This document shows, one piece after another, positions 46,398-57,234 of a stretch of DNA of 64,000 bases. The notes beneath the pieces were generated by a model. That model made no database searches. It was not told where the DNA came from and saw nothing but the letters and a program-made list of their open reading frames with translations. A program made the translations under genes and the position numbers. Within the stretch, counting starts at the first letter, position 1. Each line of letters begins with the position of its first letter. Source of the stretch: Aquificaceae bacterium (GTDB lineage: Bacteria > Aquificota > Aquificia > Aquificales > Aquificaceae); assembly GCA_037925075.1 (NCBI GenBank), contig JAXSNR010000002.1, positions 657,912-721,911 on the forward strand, in the 5' to 3' direction.

Positions 46398-49300
46398 TAA
46401 GGCTACTGAAATACAGGTTTTTTGTGTTGCTACTTTTGGTACTCCTTGTAGCCTACGGTATTTACAGCTTTTTAAAGATTCCAGTGGATACCTTTCCCGA
46501 CCCAACTCCAACGCAGGTGGTCATTTACACAGAAACGCCGGGTATGTCCGCAGAAGAAACGGAAGTACTGGTTACAAAACCCATAGAATCTGCCCTTTCT
46601 GGGATAAAGGACGCACAGCTTGTTAGAAGCATAAGCCTACCGGGGCTTTCTTACGTGAGTGTCTTTTTCAAAGATGGCACTGACATATACTTTGCGAGGA
46701 ACTTGGTCTCTCAAAAGCTATCAGAGGTTCAAGGGGCACTACCTAACGGCGTGATGCCACGCATGGGTCCCAACACCTCAGGACTTGGAAATGTGGTTTT
46801 TTACACCTTGCAAGACACCACCGGAAAGTACAGCCTTGAGGACCTAAAGACCCTTCAAGAGTGGAAGGTAAAGCCCTTTATAAAGGCTGTGGATGGCGTA
46901 GAGGAGATATCCCAGTGGGGTCCCGATAAGTCCCTCCTTGTAAAGATAGACACTCAAAAACTTCTACAACATGGTGTAAGCTTACAAGAGGTTATAAAAG
47001 CCCTTGAGGAATACGGTCAGGTGGCAGGTGGAGGCTTCCTACAATCTCCTGAGGGGGACTTGGTGGTTCGTGGTCTTGGCAGGTTTAAAAGCACAGAGGA
47101 CCTTCTTAACGTACCCATAAAAAAGACAGAAGAAGGATATATACTCCTTGGAGATGTAGCCAAGGTGGGATCTGGAGAGCTTCCCAACAGAAGAGGTGCC
47201 TTTACCTTTAACGGTCAGGAGGTGCAGGGCAACATAACCCTCAAAAGAGTAGGCACAAACACCATGGAACTCGTAGAAAATCTAAAAAATGCTCTACGGG
47301 AAGCAAAAAGGGCCTTACCTCATGGCATAGACATAAAGGTCATATACGATCAAGCCTATTTAACCCAAAAGGCTCTAAAAACGGTGGAGAGGGCTCTCTT
47401 AGAGGGCATGATACTAATAACTGTAGCTATAACCCTTTACCTTTGGAACGTAAGGGTGGCACTTTTGGTGGTGCTTTCTATACCTCTTACCCTTCTTTTG
47501 ACCTTTACACTTCTCAAAAATCTTGACATATCCGCCAACCTAATGACCATGGGAGGGCTTGCCATAGGACTCGGTCTTTTTGCGGACGCCAGCGTGGTGG
47601 TGGTAGAAAACATATACAGACATCTTTCAGAAAACCCTCAGGCTTCAAAGAAAACCCTCATAGCTCAGTCCGTACAGGAAATTTTAAAGCCTCTAACCTT
47701 TGCCATCCTCATCATTGCGGTGGTCTTTTTACCCATATTCACCTTTGAGTCGGTGGAAGGTAAATACTACAAGCCTTTGGCTCTTACTATAATCCTCGCC
47801 TTGCTTTCTTCCCTTGCGGTCGCTTTGGTTTTTATGTCCGTGCTTTCTTACTGGCTTCTCAAAGGAGGAAAAGAGGATAAGACTTTTTTCTCCACCTTAA
47901 AAAGAGGCTATACGTCCCTTCTGTCCCTTGCCTTTAGATTTAGACCGGTGGTGCTTTTGGTTGTTCTGGCTTCCTTTATTTTTTCCCTTTTTTTGCTTTC
48001 AAGGATAGGCAAGGAGTTTGCCCCGCCCCTCGAAGAGGGAGCCCTCTTGGTAAAATCCTTTCTTGACCCCAACGTGTCCCTTGAAGAAGCCAAAAAGGTG
48101 GCAAAACTGGTGGAAGAAACAGCCCTAAAATACCCTGAGGTAGTCCATACCTTTTCCAACATAGGAAGGGCAGAGGTGGGAGAGCCAGAGGATGTAAGCT
48201 ACATAGAAACCTTTGTAATCTTAAAGCCCGCAGACCAATGGAGGAGCTTTAAAAGTAGGCAGGAGTTTGAAGAGCTTTTGAGAAAAGAGCTAGAAGGTGT
48301 GCCCGGTGTGGAATTTAGCTACACTCAGCCTATACAGATGCGTATAGATGAGCTTCTTTCTGGAGTAAAGGCAACCCTTGCCATAAAGGTCTTTGGAGAA
48401 GACCTTGATATAATAAACCAGTTGGCAGGACAGATAGAAAAGTTGGTGGCAGAAACAAGGGGTGCTGTGGATGTGGAAACAGAGGCACAAACAAGAAAGC
48501 TTCAGTTAAGGATTGAGCCAAAAAAGGAGATGCTCCAACGGTATAACCTGACCACGCAGGACATAATGCGGATAGTTTCCCACTACCTTGGTGGTACAGA
48601 AATTGCACAGTTTCAAGAGGAAACCATACTCTTTCCTGTAGTCCTCAGCCTTGAGGAAAAGAACCTTGAGAATATAAGGGCTTTGCCCCTTTTTATGCAC
48701 AATGGAAGTATTCTAACCCTTCAGGATGTGGCAGAGGTTTATATTGCAGAGGGATACAACAAGATAAGAAGAGAAAACCACATGAGGTATGCGTTGGTGC
48801 AAAGCAACCTTCTTGGTAGAGACCTTGGAGGCTTTGTGCAAGAAATAAGGGAAAAGATCCAAAAGAACATAAAGCTTCCCGAGGGCTACTACATAGTCTT
48901 TGGTGGCCAGTTTGAAAACCAAGAGAGAGCCATGAAAAGGCTTGCGGTGGCAGTTCCCCTTGCCATAGCCCTCATATTCCTTCTTCTTTACATAAACTAC
49001 GCATCTCTTAGGGATGCCCTTGTGGTGATGCTAAATGTGCCCTTTGCTGTGGTGGGAGGCGTTATAGCCCTTTACCTATCTGGTTATAACCTCTCTGTAC
49101 CTTCCGCAGTGGGATTTATTGCGGTTTTTGGCATAGCGACCCTAAACGGTGTGGTGCTTGTCTCTTACACAAAGAGCCTAATAGAGGAAGGCGTCCCCAT
49201 AAGGAATGCCCTCTTTCAGGCAGGCTCCAAAAGACTAAGACCCATACTCATCACAGCAACTGCCGCCTCTTTGGGACTTATGCCCATGCTCCTTAGCAGA

Positions 49301-49438
49301 GACATAGGCTCGGAGGTACAAAAGCCCCTCGCGGTGGTAGTCATAGGAGGCATATTTACTTCTACCATGCTAACACTTATAGTTTTGCCACTGGTATATG
49401 AAATAGTGGCAGGGAGAAGAAGGGATAGAACTGATTAA
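46394..49438 (+). CDS. CzcA/CusA-family heavy-metal efflux RND transporter
   Basis: PVDTFPD, DASVVVVEN, EGKYYKPLA, QPIQMRIDELLSG, RLRPILITA, GSEVQKPLA. Confidence 0.95.
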   Translation: MIRLLKYRFFVLLLLVLLVAYGIYSFLKIPVDTFPDPTPTQVVIYTETPGMSAEETEVLVTKPIESALSGIKDAQLVRSISLPGLSYVSVFFKDGTDIYFARNLVSQKLSEVQGALPNGVMPRMGPNTSGLGNVVFYTLQDTTGKYSLEDLKTLQEWKVKPFIKAVDGVEEISQWGPDKSLLVKIDTQKLLQHGVSLQEVIKALEEYGQVAGGGFLQSPEGDLVVRGLGRFKSTEDLLNVPIKKTEEGYILLGDVAKVGSGELPNRRGAFTFNGQEVQGNITLKRVGTNTMELVENLKNALREAKRALPHGIDIKVIYDQAYLTQKALKTVERALLEGMILITVAITLYLWNVRVALLVVLSIPLTLLLTFTLLKNLDISANLMTMGGLAIGLGLFADASVVVVENIYRHLSENPQASKKTLIAQSVQEILKPLTFAILIIAVVFLPIFTFESVEGKYYKPLALTIILALLSSLAVALVFMSVLSYWLLKGGKEDKTFFSTLKRGYTSLLSLAFRFRPVVLLVVLASFIFSLFLLSRIGKEFAPPLEEGALLVKSFLDPNVSLEEAKKVAKLVEETALKYPEVVHTFSNIGRAEVGEPEDVSYIETFVILKPADQWRSFKSRQEFEELLRKELEGVPGVEFSYTQPIQMRIDELLSGVKATLAIKVFGEDLDIINQLAGQIEKLVAETRGAVDVETEAQTRKLQLRIEPKKEMLQRYNLTTQDIMRIVSHYLGGTEIAQFQEETILFPVVLSLEEKNLENIRALPLFMHNGSILTLQDVAEVYIAEGYNKIRRENHMRYALVQSNLLGRDLGGFVQEIREKIQKNIKLPEGYYIVFGGQFENQERAMKRLAVAVPLAIALIFLLLYINYASLRDALVVMLNVPFAVVGGVIALYLSGYNLSVPSAVGFIAVFGIATLNGVVLVSYTKSLIEEGVPIRNALFQAGSKRLRPILITATAASLGLMPMLLSRDIGSEVQKPLAVVVIGGIFTSTMLTLIVLPLVYEIVAGRRRDRTD

Positions 49439-49826
49439 GCTTTGTCCACCTTTTACACACTTTGCCATAGCCATGCCCGTGGCTCTCTTGGTGCTTGACC
49501 TGTATTATAGGCTTGCAAAAAGGCAAGCGGATGGACTTCATTTTATCTTTACTTGCGGGTCTTTCCGTGTTGTTAACCACAATAAGCGGTATAATAGCTC
49601 ACGAGCCTATAGAGGATTTGTTTGAGTATACAGCCATCTTTACCATCCACGAGTATATGGGTTTGCCCTCCTGTTGGTAGTGAGAGTTAGCCTTTCAAAG
49701 GCAAGCGTATTGAGAAACCTTTTTACTCTTATGTTTATAGTAGGAGTGCTATTGCTATTCTTACAGGGAAGCTTAGGGTACTCATTGGTTTATGACCACA
49801 TTCTTAAGCCAAGGATTGAGGAGTAG
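49425..49826 (+). pseudogene. DUF2231-type membrane protein pseudogene (ATA at start position, two frame changes)
   Basis: Segments IELIKLCPPFTHFAIAMPVALL.. / LAGLSVLLTTISGIIAHE..HEYMGL / ..LQGSLGYSLVYDH..EE* in successive frames. Confidence 0.7.
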
Positions 49827-49829
49827 CCT

Positions 49830-50360
49830 TTACATACCCCACAAACCCTTTTTGTTTTCCCTTGCGTACCTTTGAGCCTGCAAAAGTCTTTCTTGATATT
49901 TCACGTTAGGTGGTATGGTATAGACCATAGCATAGCCCTCACGGACTATAACTTCATTTAGCATCCTTCCATCGGAAAGCCATACATAAGCCAAAAGCCT
50001 TCCGTATTTGTCTGTCTTTTGCACGTCAAACTCAAGGTAGACGGTTTCACCCGTGGGAAGCATTCTCTTGGTGAATTCTGCGGATAGCTTGCCCATTCTT
50101 GTGATATGCTCTAAACTTTGGCCACTTCTTTCCGCATCCCTCCTTGCCTTAGGATTGTCGGTGCTTTCTGGTGTGTCTATTCCTACGAGCCTTACTTTTA
50201 CCTCTTCTCCAGAGGAAAGCGTGCAATGGAAAGTATCTCCATCCACCACTCGGACCACTTTGCAAGGTGTGGTACCTTCCACTGGAGGCTTGTTTGGCTT
50301 GCTGTAGCCACAAGAAAGAAAAACAAACATAAGGAAAAGAACACCAATACGGGCAATCAT
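49830..50360 (-). CDS. Thermonuclease (SNase) family lipoprotein
   Basis: Lipobox FLSC; RVVDGDTF, VRLVGIDTPE, DKYGRLLAYV, ARENKKGLW; start placed at ATG 50360. Confidence 0.93.
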   Translation of the reverse strand: MIARIGVLFLMFVFLSCGYSKPNKPPVEGTTPCKVVRVVDGDTFHCTLSSGEEVKVRLVGIDTPESTDNPKARRDAERSGQSLEHITRMGKLSAEFTKRMLPTGETVYLEFDVQKTDKYGRLLAYVWLSDGRMLNEVIVREGYAMVYTIPPNVKYQERLLQAQRYARENKKGLWGM

Positions 50361-50509
50361 AAGGATTATTATAAACAGTTTGGTGTGATTATCCTTAAAG
50401 AGTAGCCACCCATTGACAAACCTATTGCTGTTTAATAACGCCAGTAACGTTACCATTAGAGGGCTATAAAGCCCTTGAAAAGGGGCTTGGCAAGGAAGAA
50501 GCTAAAAAG

Positions 50510-50863
50510 ATGGTTAATGGGCTTGAAAAAGCAATCTCTGAAGCGACAGAGTATAAGTGGGCAACCACAAAGGAAGAGATAATAGCCGAGTTTAGGAAAG
50601 AGATTGACTCTATAAGGAAGGAATTTGTCACAAGGGAGCTCTTTGAAGAGAGAATGAATGCCCTACGGGCAGAGCTTGAAGGTAAGATTGAAAACTTGAG
50701 AGTTGACCTTGAAGGCAAAATAGAAAATGTAAGGATTGGTCTTACCGCAGAGATAAAAAGGCTTGACATAAAGCTGACTTTCTTGATCATCCTTATGATA
50801 GTAGCCCTTACGCTTATGAACCCTGTGGTGGCGGAGATAATAAAGAAACTTTTGAGGCTTTGA
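50510..50863 (+). CDS. DUF1640/CCDC90-like coiled-coil protein with C-terminal TM helix (start may lie upstream, 50438)
   Basis: ATTKEE, FVTRE, 11-aa repeats ELEGKIENLRV/DLEGKIENVRI, hydrophobic tail. Confidence 0.75.
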   Translation: MVNGLEKAISEATEYKWATTKEEIIAEFRKEIDSIRKEFVTRELFEERMNALRAELEGKIENLRVDLEGKIENVRIGLTAEIKRLDIKLTFLIILMIVALTLMNPVVAEIIKKLLRL

Positions 50864-50952
50864 ATATAGTTGCAATCTTTAAGGTTAAAAAAGCTTGACA
50901 TCCATTTTCAAGTAGTGTAATCTTTTCAGGACACTTTTAAGGAGGGACTGCC

Positions 50953-52806
50953 ATGAATACACTAAGAGAAAAGCCAAAGACCTTGGCACTCTTAGGACTT
51001 TTGGCATTGTCAGTCTTTGCCCTCATGCTTGCACTCAGCAGTCATCAGAAAACCACCACCGACAACTCCCAAAAGGAAAAGATTCTCCAAGCATACGCCA
51101 AACTTCCCCTTTACTTCATCCCAAACCAAGGACAGATTGATGAAAGAGTAAAGCTCTAAGAAAAAGGAGCAGGCCATAGCGTGTATTTCACAGAAGAGGG
51201 CATATACGTATCCCTTAGCAAAAGAGAACCAGCACAAGACAAGACGCAAGAACCAAAGATAATCACAGAACATATAACCATCAAGCCCATCGGCATGAAC
51301 AAGACAACGCAGATAGTACCAGAAGAACCACTAAGAGGCAAAGTCAATTACTTCATAGGCAACGACCCCAAGAAGTGGAAGACAGACATACCCACCTATG
51401 CAAAGGTAAGATACAAAAACATCTACGATGGCATAGACCTTGTCTTTTATGGCAACCAAAGCCAGCTTGAGTATGACCTTGTTATAAGCCCTTGGACAGA
51501 CTACAAAAAGGTAGCCTTTAGGATTGAAGGAGCAAAGGAAGTAAAGAAAACAGAGAAAGGAGACCTACAGATAGAGCTTGCCTCTGGTGGCTACATAGTT
51601 AAGAAAAAACCAGTGGTATATCAGGAAGTAAAGGGAGAAAGGAAATACATAGATGGCTCTTTTGTGGTGAGAAAAGAAGACAAGGCGTATGTGGTAGCCT
51701 TTGATGTGGGAGAGTATGACAGGTCATTACCTTTGGTCATAGACCCCCTTGTGCTTTCTTACTCCACATATCTTGGTGGAAGTGGTAGTGATGCGGGCTA
51801 TGGCATAGCGGTAGATTCACAAGGCAATGCCTATGTGACAGGAGAGACAAGTTCAAACAACTTTCCCACAATGCAGAATGCCTACGATACAACCTGTGGC
51901 AAATATGGAATGTGTGATGGAGTCTGGAGTGATGTCTTTGTAACAAAGCTTAGCCCTCAAGGAAACAGTCTTGTCTACTCCACATACCTTGGCGGAAGTG
52001 AGAGTGATATAGGCTATGGCATAGCGGTAGACTCCCAAGGAAATGCCTATGTGACAGGATTGGTACGGTCAAACGACTTTCCCACGAAAAATGCCTACGA
52101 TACAACCTGTAACACGAATGGAACTTGTGGTCTTGGGTATCCTGATGCCTTCGTAACAAAGCTGGACACTACTCAGAGTGGACATAATTCTCTTATCTAC
52201 TCCACATACCTTGGTGGCAATTATGGTGATTCTGGCAATGCCATAGCGGTAGACTCCCAAGGTAATGTGTATGTGACAGGAACTACAAACTCAACCGACT
52301 TTCCCGCAACGCAGAATGCCTTTCAGGGGAGTGGAGGCTGGGATGATGCATTTGTAACAAAGTTGAGCTTTAGTGGAACCACTACCTACATCTTGACCGT
52401 AACCAAAACAGGCACAGGCTCGGGCACGGTGACAAGCAATCCCGCAGGTATAAACTGCGGTGCTGATTGCATAGAGACATACGCTTCAGGCACACAGGTA
52501 ACACTCACAGCAACAGCTGATTCAGGCTCAATCTTTGCAGGCTGGGGAGGAGCTTGTTCAAGCTGTGGCACAAATACACAATGTCAAGTTACCATGGACG
52601 CAGACAAAACATGCACAGCTACATTTAACACTTCCGGTGGTGGTAGTGGTGGAACTGGCGGTGGATCTGGTAGTGGTAGTGGTGGTACTGGTTCAACTGG
52701 TAGCTCTGGTGGTGGTTGTTATACGGGCTCCTCTTCCTATGCATGGGCTTATGCTGTAATTGTAGCCTTTGCCCTTATCAGAAGGTTCAGAAACAGATTG
52801 TCTTAA
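50953..52806 (+). pseudogene. SBBP-repeat beta-propeller surface protein with InlB-B-like repeat and Gly-Cys C-terminal anchor; one in-frame TAA at 51157-51159
   Basis: ..FIPNQGQIDERVKL*EKGAGHSVYFT.. continuous frame; 3x YSTYLGG..GIAVDSQGNAYVTG; TKTGTGSGTVTSNPAGINCG; SSGGGC-TM-RRFR tail. Confidence 0.85.
51760..52290 (+). repeat. Three intragenic SBBP repeat units (216 and 222 bp period)
   Basis: TACTCCACATAYCTTGG at 51760, 51976, 52198, each followed by CATAGCGGTAGA. Confidence 0.85.
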
Positions 52807-52812
52807 TCCCCT

Positions 52813-52836
52813 TGCCCCCTTTTCGGGGGGCGGTTT
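52813..52836 (+). terminator. Probable intrinsic terminator after SBBP gene
   Basis: GCCCCCT-TTTC-GGGGGGC stem-loop followed by GGTTT (weak U tract). Confidence 0.55.
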
Positions 52837-52906
52837 GTCCCTTTAACACCCTAAGCGGTAGTTTATACAAGGTTAAACTAAAAGAAATCGTGCTATATTT
52901 AAACTC

Positions 52907-53428
52907 ATGCAAACCAACCTGTGGGAAGAAGCCCTTGTGGAAGAGGTTATATACCTTATTGCCCATCTTGCCCATGCGGAACAGCATCTTATGGAGCTGG
53001 AAGGAGAGACAAAGCTTGAAGACCTTGTCCTATACATAGATGAACTGAGAAATAGGCGGAAAAAGGTGGGAGACCTGCTTTTTTCAATCCTTGAAGTCTC
53101 TGGAGAATCAGGCGGAGAATTTAGGAGTAAGGTAGAAAGCCTTTGGTGCACTCTCAAACACCTTTCCATGGCTTTGGTGCATTGCGATGAGTCCGCAGAA
53201 AAAGTTATTAGAAGGCTTGACTGTGCTATGGCACAAGGTAAAGAGGAAGAGGCAAAAGGGCTTTCTGAAAAGCTCAAAGACCTTTACGACCTGCGACAAT
53301 CTTTGAGAAATTTTATAAGAGAACTGCTCTTTGAAGTATCAAAAAAGATCACCAGAGTGCCTGTGGTGAGATGTAGAGAAGACCTATGTCTTTTGGAAGG
53401 AGAAGAGAATGCCCTACAAGGACCTTAG
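52907..53428 (+). CDS. Hypothetical helical protein with His/Cys clusters
   Basis: HLAHAEQH, WCTLKHLSMALVHCDE, CREDLC; overlaps next gene. Confidence 0.75.
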   Translation: MQTNLWEEALVEEVIYLIAHLAHAEQHLMELEGETKLEDLVLYIDELRNRRKKVGDLLFSILEVSGESGGEFRSKVESLWCTLKHLSMALVHCDESAEKVIRRLDCAMAQGKEEEAKGLSEKLKDLYDLRQSLRNFIRELLFEVSKKITRVPVVRCREDLCLLEGEENALQGP

Positions 53429-54860
53429 AGAGTTTCTAAAAAGGCTTGAGAAGGAAAAAGAGTTGGCACGGATAAAAGAAGAGCTTTCTCCCATTCTTGA
53501 TATAACAGAGATAACAGACCGAGTTTGCAAAATGCCCGGTGGTGGAAAGGCTCTCCTTTTTGAAAAGGTCAAAGGCTACAGTATGCCGGTGCTTACAAAC
53601 CTTTTGGGCTCAGAAAGAAGAATAAAACTTGCCTTAGGCTATGAAAACCTTGAGGACATAGGATGGAAGCTTTACAAACTTCTAAGACCGGAGATTCCTA
53701 ACACCTTTCTTGACAAACTCAAAAGGCTTCCAGAACTAAAAAAGCTTAACGACTCTCTCCCAAGGATTGTAAAGGATGGTCCTATAAGGGAAAACATAAA
53801 AAGGGAAAGGTTAGATATTCTTGAGTTTCCCATCTTACAATGCTGGCCTAAGGATGGGGGAAGGTACATAACCTTTGGGCAGACTATAACAAAGGACCCA
53901 GAAAGTGGTATAAGGAATGTGGGGCTTTACCGCATTCAGGTGCTTTCTCCTACGGAGCTTGCACTCCACTGGCAGATACATAAGGATGGAAACCACCACT
54001 ACTGGAAGGCAAAAAGGCAAGGGAAAAGGCTTGAGGTTGCCATAGCCATAGGTGGAGACCCTGTGCTTTCTTATGTGGCGTCCGCACCCTTGCCTCCCGA
54101 GGTGGATGAGTACCTTTTTGCGGGGCTTATAAGGGAGGAAGGAGTGGAGCTTGTAAAGGGCATAACCGTGGACTTGGAATATCCAGCTCATGCGGAGATA
54201 GTCATAGAGGGCTATGTGGACCCGTCGGAGCCCTTGGTGGATGAGGGACCCTTTGGAGACCACACAGGCTTTTACACGCCGGCGGACAAGTATCCAAAGA
54301 TGCACATAACCGCCATACTACACAGGAACAATCCCATATACCTTGCGACCATAGTGGGAAAACCACCACAAGAGGACAAATACATAGGCTGGGCAACGGA
54401 AAGGATATTTTTACCGCTTATTAAGTTTAATCTGCCTGAAGTTATAGATTATCATCTGCCTGCTGAAGGCTGTTTCCATAACTTCTGCTTTGTCTCCATA
54501 AAAAAACGTTATCCCGGTCATGCTTTTAAGACCGCTTATGCACTTCTTGGTCTTGGGCTTATGTCCCTTACTAAGCACATAGTGGTCTATGATGATGATA
54601 TTGATGTGCATGACTTTGGGCAGGTCCTATGGGCTTGGGGCAACAATGTGGACCCATCAAGGGATGTGCAAATACTCAAAGGTCCCATAGATGTGCTTGA
54701 CCACTCTACAAAGGAGGTGGGCTTTGGTGGAAAGATGATTATAGACGCAACCACCAAATGGAAGGAGGAGGGCTATACAAGGGAATGGCCAGAGGTTATA
54801 CAGATGTCTCAAGAGGTCAAAAGGAAGATAGACAGCCTATGGCATAGGCTTGGTTTATAG
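53409..54860 (+). CDS. UbiD-family decarboxylase (menaquinone futalosine-pathway MqnL type)
   Basis: CWPKDGGRYIT, RNVGLYR, EGPFGDHTGFY, GPIDVLDH, IDAT. Confidence 0.92.
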   Translation: MPYKDLREFLKRLEKEKELARIKEELSPILDITEITDRVCKMPGGGKALLFEKVKGYSMPVLTNLLGSERRIKLALGYENLEDIGWKLYKLLRPEIPNTFLDKLKRLPELKKLNDSLPRIVKDGPIRENIKRERLDILEFPILQCWPKDGGRYITFGQTITKDPESGIRNVGLYRIQVLSPTELALHWQIHKDGNHHYWKAKRQGKRLEVAIAIGGDPVLSYVASAPLPPEVDEYLFAGLIREEGVELVKGITVDLEYPAHAEIVIEGYVDPSEPLVDEGPFGDHTGFYTPADKYPKMHITAILHRNNPIYLATIVGKPPQEDKYIGWATERIFLPLIKFNLPEVIDYHLPAEGCFHNFCFVSIKKRYPGHAFKTAYALLGLGLMSLTKHIVVYDDDIDVHDFGQVLWAWGNNVDPSRDVQILKGPIDVLDHSTKEVGFGGKMIIDATTKWKEEGYTREWPEVIQMSQEVKRKIDSLWHRLGL

Positions 54861-55727
54861 CTTTAACCTTTGCCTGTATGCTTTTAGCGTGTTCAAAAGT
54901 AGTGCGGATACGGTCATAGGTCCCACACCGCCCGGCACAGGTGTAATAGCGTAGGCCTTTTCCTTTACCTCTTCAAAATCCACATCCCCAACTATTCTGT
55001 CTCCCACGCGAGAAATGCCCACATCTATGACCACAGCCCCCTCTTTTACCATGTGAGCCTTTATAAGGTGTGGTACGCCTGTAGCGGAAATAAGCACATC
55101 CGCCCTACGCGTGTATTCCGATATATCCTTTGTATGTATGTGGCATATGCTTACTGTCGCATCCCTCCAAAGCATCAAAAGGCTAAGAGGCCTACCCACA
55201 ATAAAGCCCGCTCCCACTATAACCACATCCTTTCCCTTTAGTTCTATGTTGTAGTGTTTCAAAAGCAGGTCTATACCCAAAGGAGTGCAGGGAATAAAGC
55301 CATCTTCCATGCGTGCCACAAGCCTTCCCATGTTTTCTGGATGAAAACCATCCACATCCTTTTTTGGACTTATGGCAAGGATAACCTCATGCTGGTTTAT
55401 GTGAGGAGGTAAAGGAAGCTGGACAAGAATGCCATCCACATCATCTTCCGCGTTTAGCTGGGCTATAAGCTCAAGAAGTTCCTGAGTTGTAGTGTTCTCT
55501 GGAAGCTCGTAAGATATGGACCTTATGCCCACCTTTTCACAGGCTTTTTTCTTGTTCCCCACATATACCTTACTGGCAGGGTCGTTGCCCACAAGCACCA
55601 CCGCAAGGGTGGGAGGTCTTAGCCCCTTGTCAGTGTAGCCTTTTACCTCTTGGAGGACTTCCGCCCTTATCTTCTCTGAGAGGCTCTTACCATCAAGCAA
55701 AAGGTATGTTCCTACTGCCTTTTCCAT
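54855..55727 (-). CDS. folD: Methylenetetrahydrofolate dehydrogenase/cyclohydrolase
   Basis: [34 protein letters not shown]. Confidence 0.98.
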   Translation of the reverse strand: MEKAVGTYLLLDGKSLSEKIRAEVLQEVKGYTDKGLRPPTLAVVLVGNDPASKVYVGNKKKACEKVGIRSISYELPENTTTQELLELIAQLNAEDDVDGILVQLPLPPHINQHEVILAISPKKDVDGFHPENMGRLVARMEDGFIPCTPLGIDLLLKHYNIELKGKDVVIVGAGFIVGRPLSLLMLWRDATVSICHIHTKDISEYTRRADVLISATGVPHLIKAHMVKEGAVVIDVGISRVGDRIVGDVDFEEVKEKAYAITPVPGGVGPMTVSALLLNTLKAYRQRLKL

Positions 55728-57184
55728 TTTGTCCCAGCGGGTGTATCTTCAAGGCTTATGCCAAGGTCCTTTAGTCTGTCCCTTATGAGGTCTGCCACAT
55801 GGTAAAGCCTTTCCCTTCTTGTCAAATTCCTCACCTCCACCAAAAGCTCCACAAGTCTCTCATCAAAGACCTGTCCAGCTTCCAATTCCTTATGCACCAC
55901 CCTTTTCACTTCACACTCAGGCTTGTAGTCCTCCAAAAGCCCAAAAACACCCCTTAGGTTCTTTATAAGGGAATTTACCGCAAACTCGTAGGCACCAAGT
56001 TCTTGGAAGGATATGGCACCTTCGGAAAAAGCCTTGTTTTTGACCTTGTTAAGCTCCGACACTAAACCATAGACCACCGCAAGAGCCTGAGGGGTGTTAA
56101 AGTCATCGCTAAGAGCTTTAAAGAACTCCTCTTCCGCTTCTTTGACCTTTTCAAAGAGGGGATGCGTTCCCTTCTCTTCTTTGGTAGGTAGCCTTTTCAA
56201 AAGTTCAAGGCCATCAAGAGCATCCACAAGCCTTTCGTAAGCTCTTTTTGTCTCCTCCATCTTCTCCCAAGAGAAGTCCAAGGGGCTCCTGTAATGGGTA
56301 AAAAGCACCAAAAGTCTAAGGATATCTGGATGGTATTTAGAATAGACTTCCTTTAAGGTTATGTAGTTGCCCAAGGACTTAGACATTTTTTGACCACCTA
56401 CAGTGACAAGCCCATTATGAATCCAGTATCTGGCAAAGGGCTTACCGGTAAGGGCTTCCGCTTGGGCTATTTCGTTTTCATGATGAGGAAAGACCAAGTC
56501 AAGGCCTCCACCGTGTATATCTATGGTCTGACCAAGATGCTTAAAGATCATGGCGACGCACTCTGTATGCCATCCCGGTCTTCCGGGACCCCAAGGAGAG
56601 TCCCATGCGGGCTCACCAGCCTTTGCGGACTTCCAGAGGGCAAAGTCAAGAGGGTTTCTTTTCTTCTCGGAGGGCTCCACCCTTGCACCCGCTTCAAGCT
56701 CCTCTATGTTTCTTTTTGAAAGCTTGCCATACTCGGGAAAAGTAGAAACAGAAAAATAAACATCACCACCAGATTCGTAGGCGTACCCCTTTTCTATAAG
56801 CCCCTCTATAACCTCTATTATCTCCTTTATATGTTCCGTGACCCTTGGCTCCACATCCGCAGGCTTTACTCTTATGTTTTCCATATCTATGTAGTAGCTG
56901 GCTATGTAGCGGTTGGCTATGGTCATAAAATCGGTACATTCTTGATTAGCTCTGTTTATTATCTTGTCATCCACATCGGTGAAGTTGCGAATAAACTTGA
57001 CCCTGTAGCCCATATGCTCAAGAAACCGCCTAAAAACATCAAAGACTATAAGGCTTCTTCCGTGCCCCACATGAGAGTCATCGTAAACGGTTACACCGCA
57101 GGTGTATATGGATACCTTGGGAGGGTCTATGGGAACAAACTCCTCAACCTTGCCCGTGAGGGTGTTGTAGATGCGAATGCTCAT
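55712..57184 (-). CDS. cysS: Cysteinyl-tRNA synthetase
   Basis: [35 protein letters not shown]. Confidence 0.99.
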   Translation of the reverse strand: MSIRIYNTLTGKVEEFVPIDPPKVSIYTCGVTVYDDSHVGHGRSLIVFDVFRRFLEHMGYRVKFIRNFTDVDDKIINRANQECTDFMTIANRYIASYYIDMENIRVKPADVEPRVTEHIKEIIEVIEGLIEKGYAYESGGDVYFSVSTFPEYGKLSKRNIEELEAGARVEPSEKKRNPLDFALWKSAKAGEPAWDSPWGPGRPGWHTECVAMIFKHLGQTIDIHGGGLDLVFPHHENEIAQAEALTGKPFARYWIHNGLVTVGGQKMSKSLGNYITLKEVYSKYHPDILRLLVLFTHYRSPLDFSWEKMEETKRAYERLVDALDGLELLKRLPTKEEKGTHPLFEKVKEAEEEFFKALSDDFNTPQALAVVYGLVSELNKVKNKAFSEGAISFQELGAYEFAVNSLIKNLRGVFGLLEDYKPECEVKRVVHKELEAGQVFDERLVELLVEVRNLTRRERLYHVADLIRDRLKDLGISLEDTPAGTKWKRQ

Positions 57185-57234
57185 AGTAGTATTTTAGCAT
57201 GCATACGCATAGATGAACAGCCAAAAACGAAAGC

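Noticed and set aside
49425..52836. Prophage or integrative element
   Set aside because: Accessory-looking genes, but no integrase, transposase, phage structural gene or flanking att repeats found
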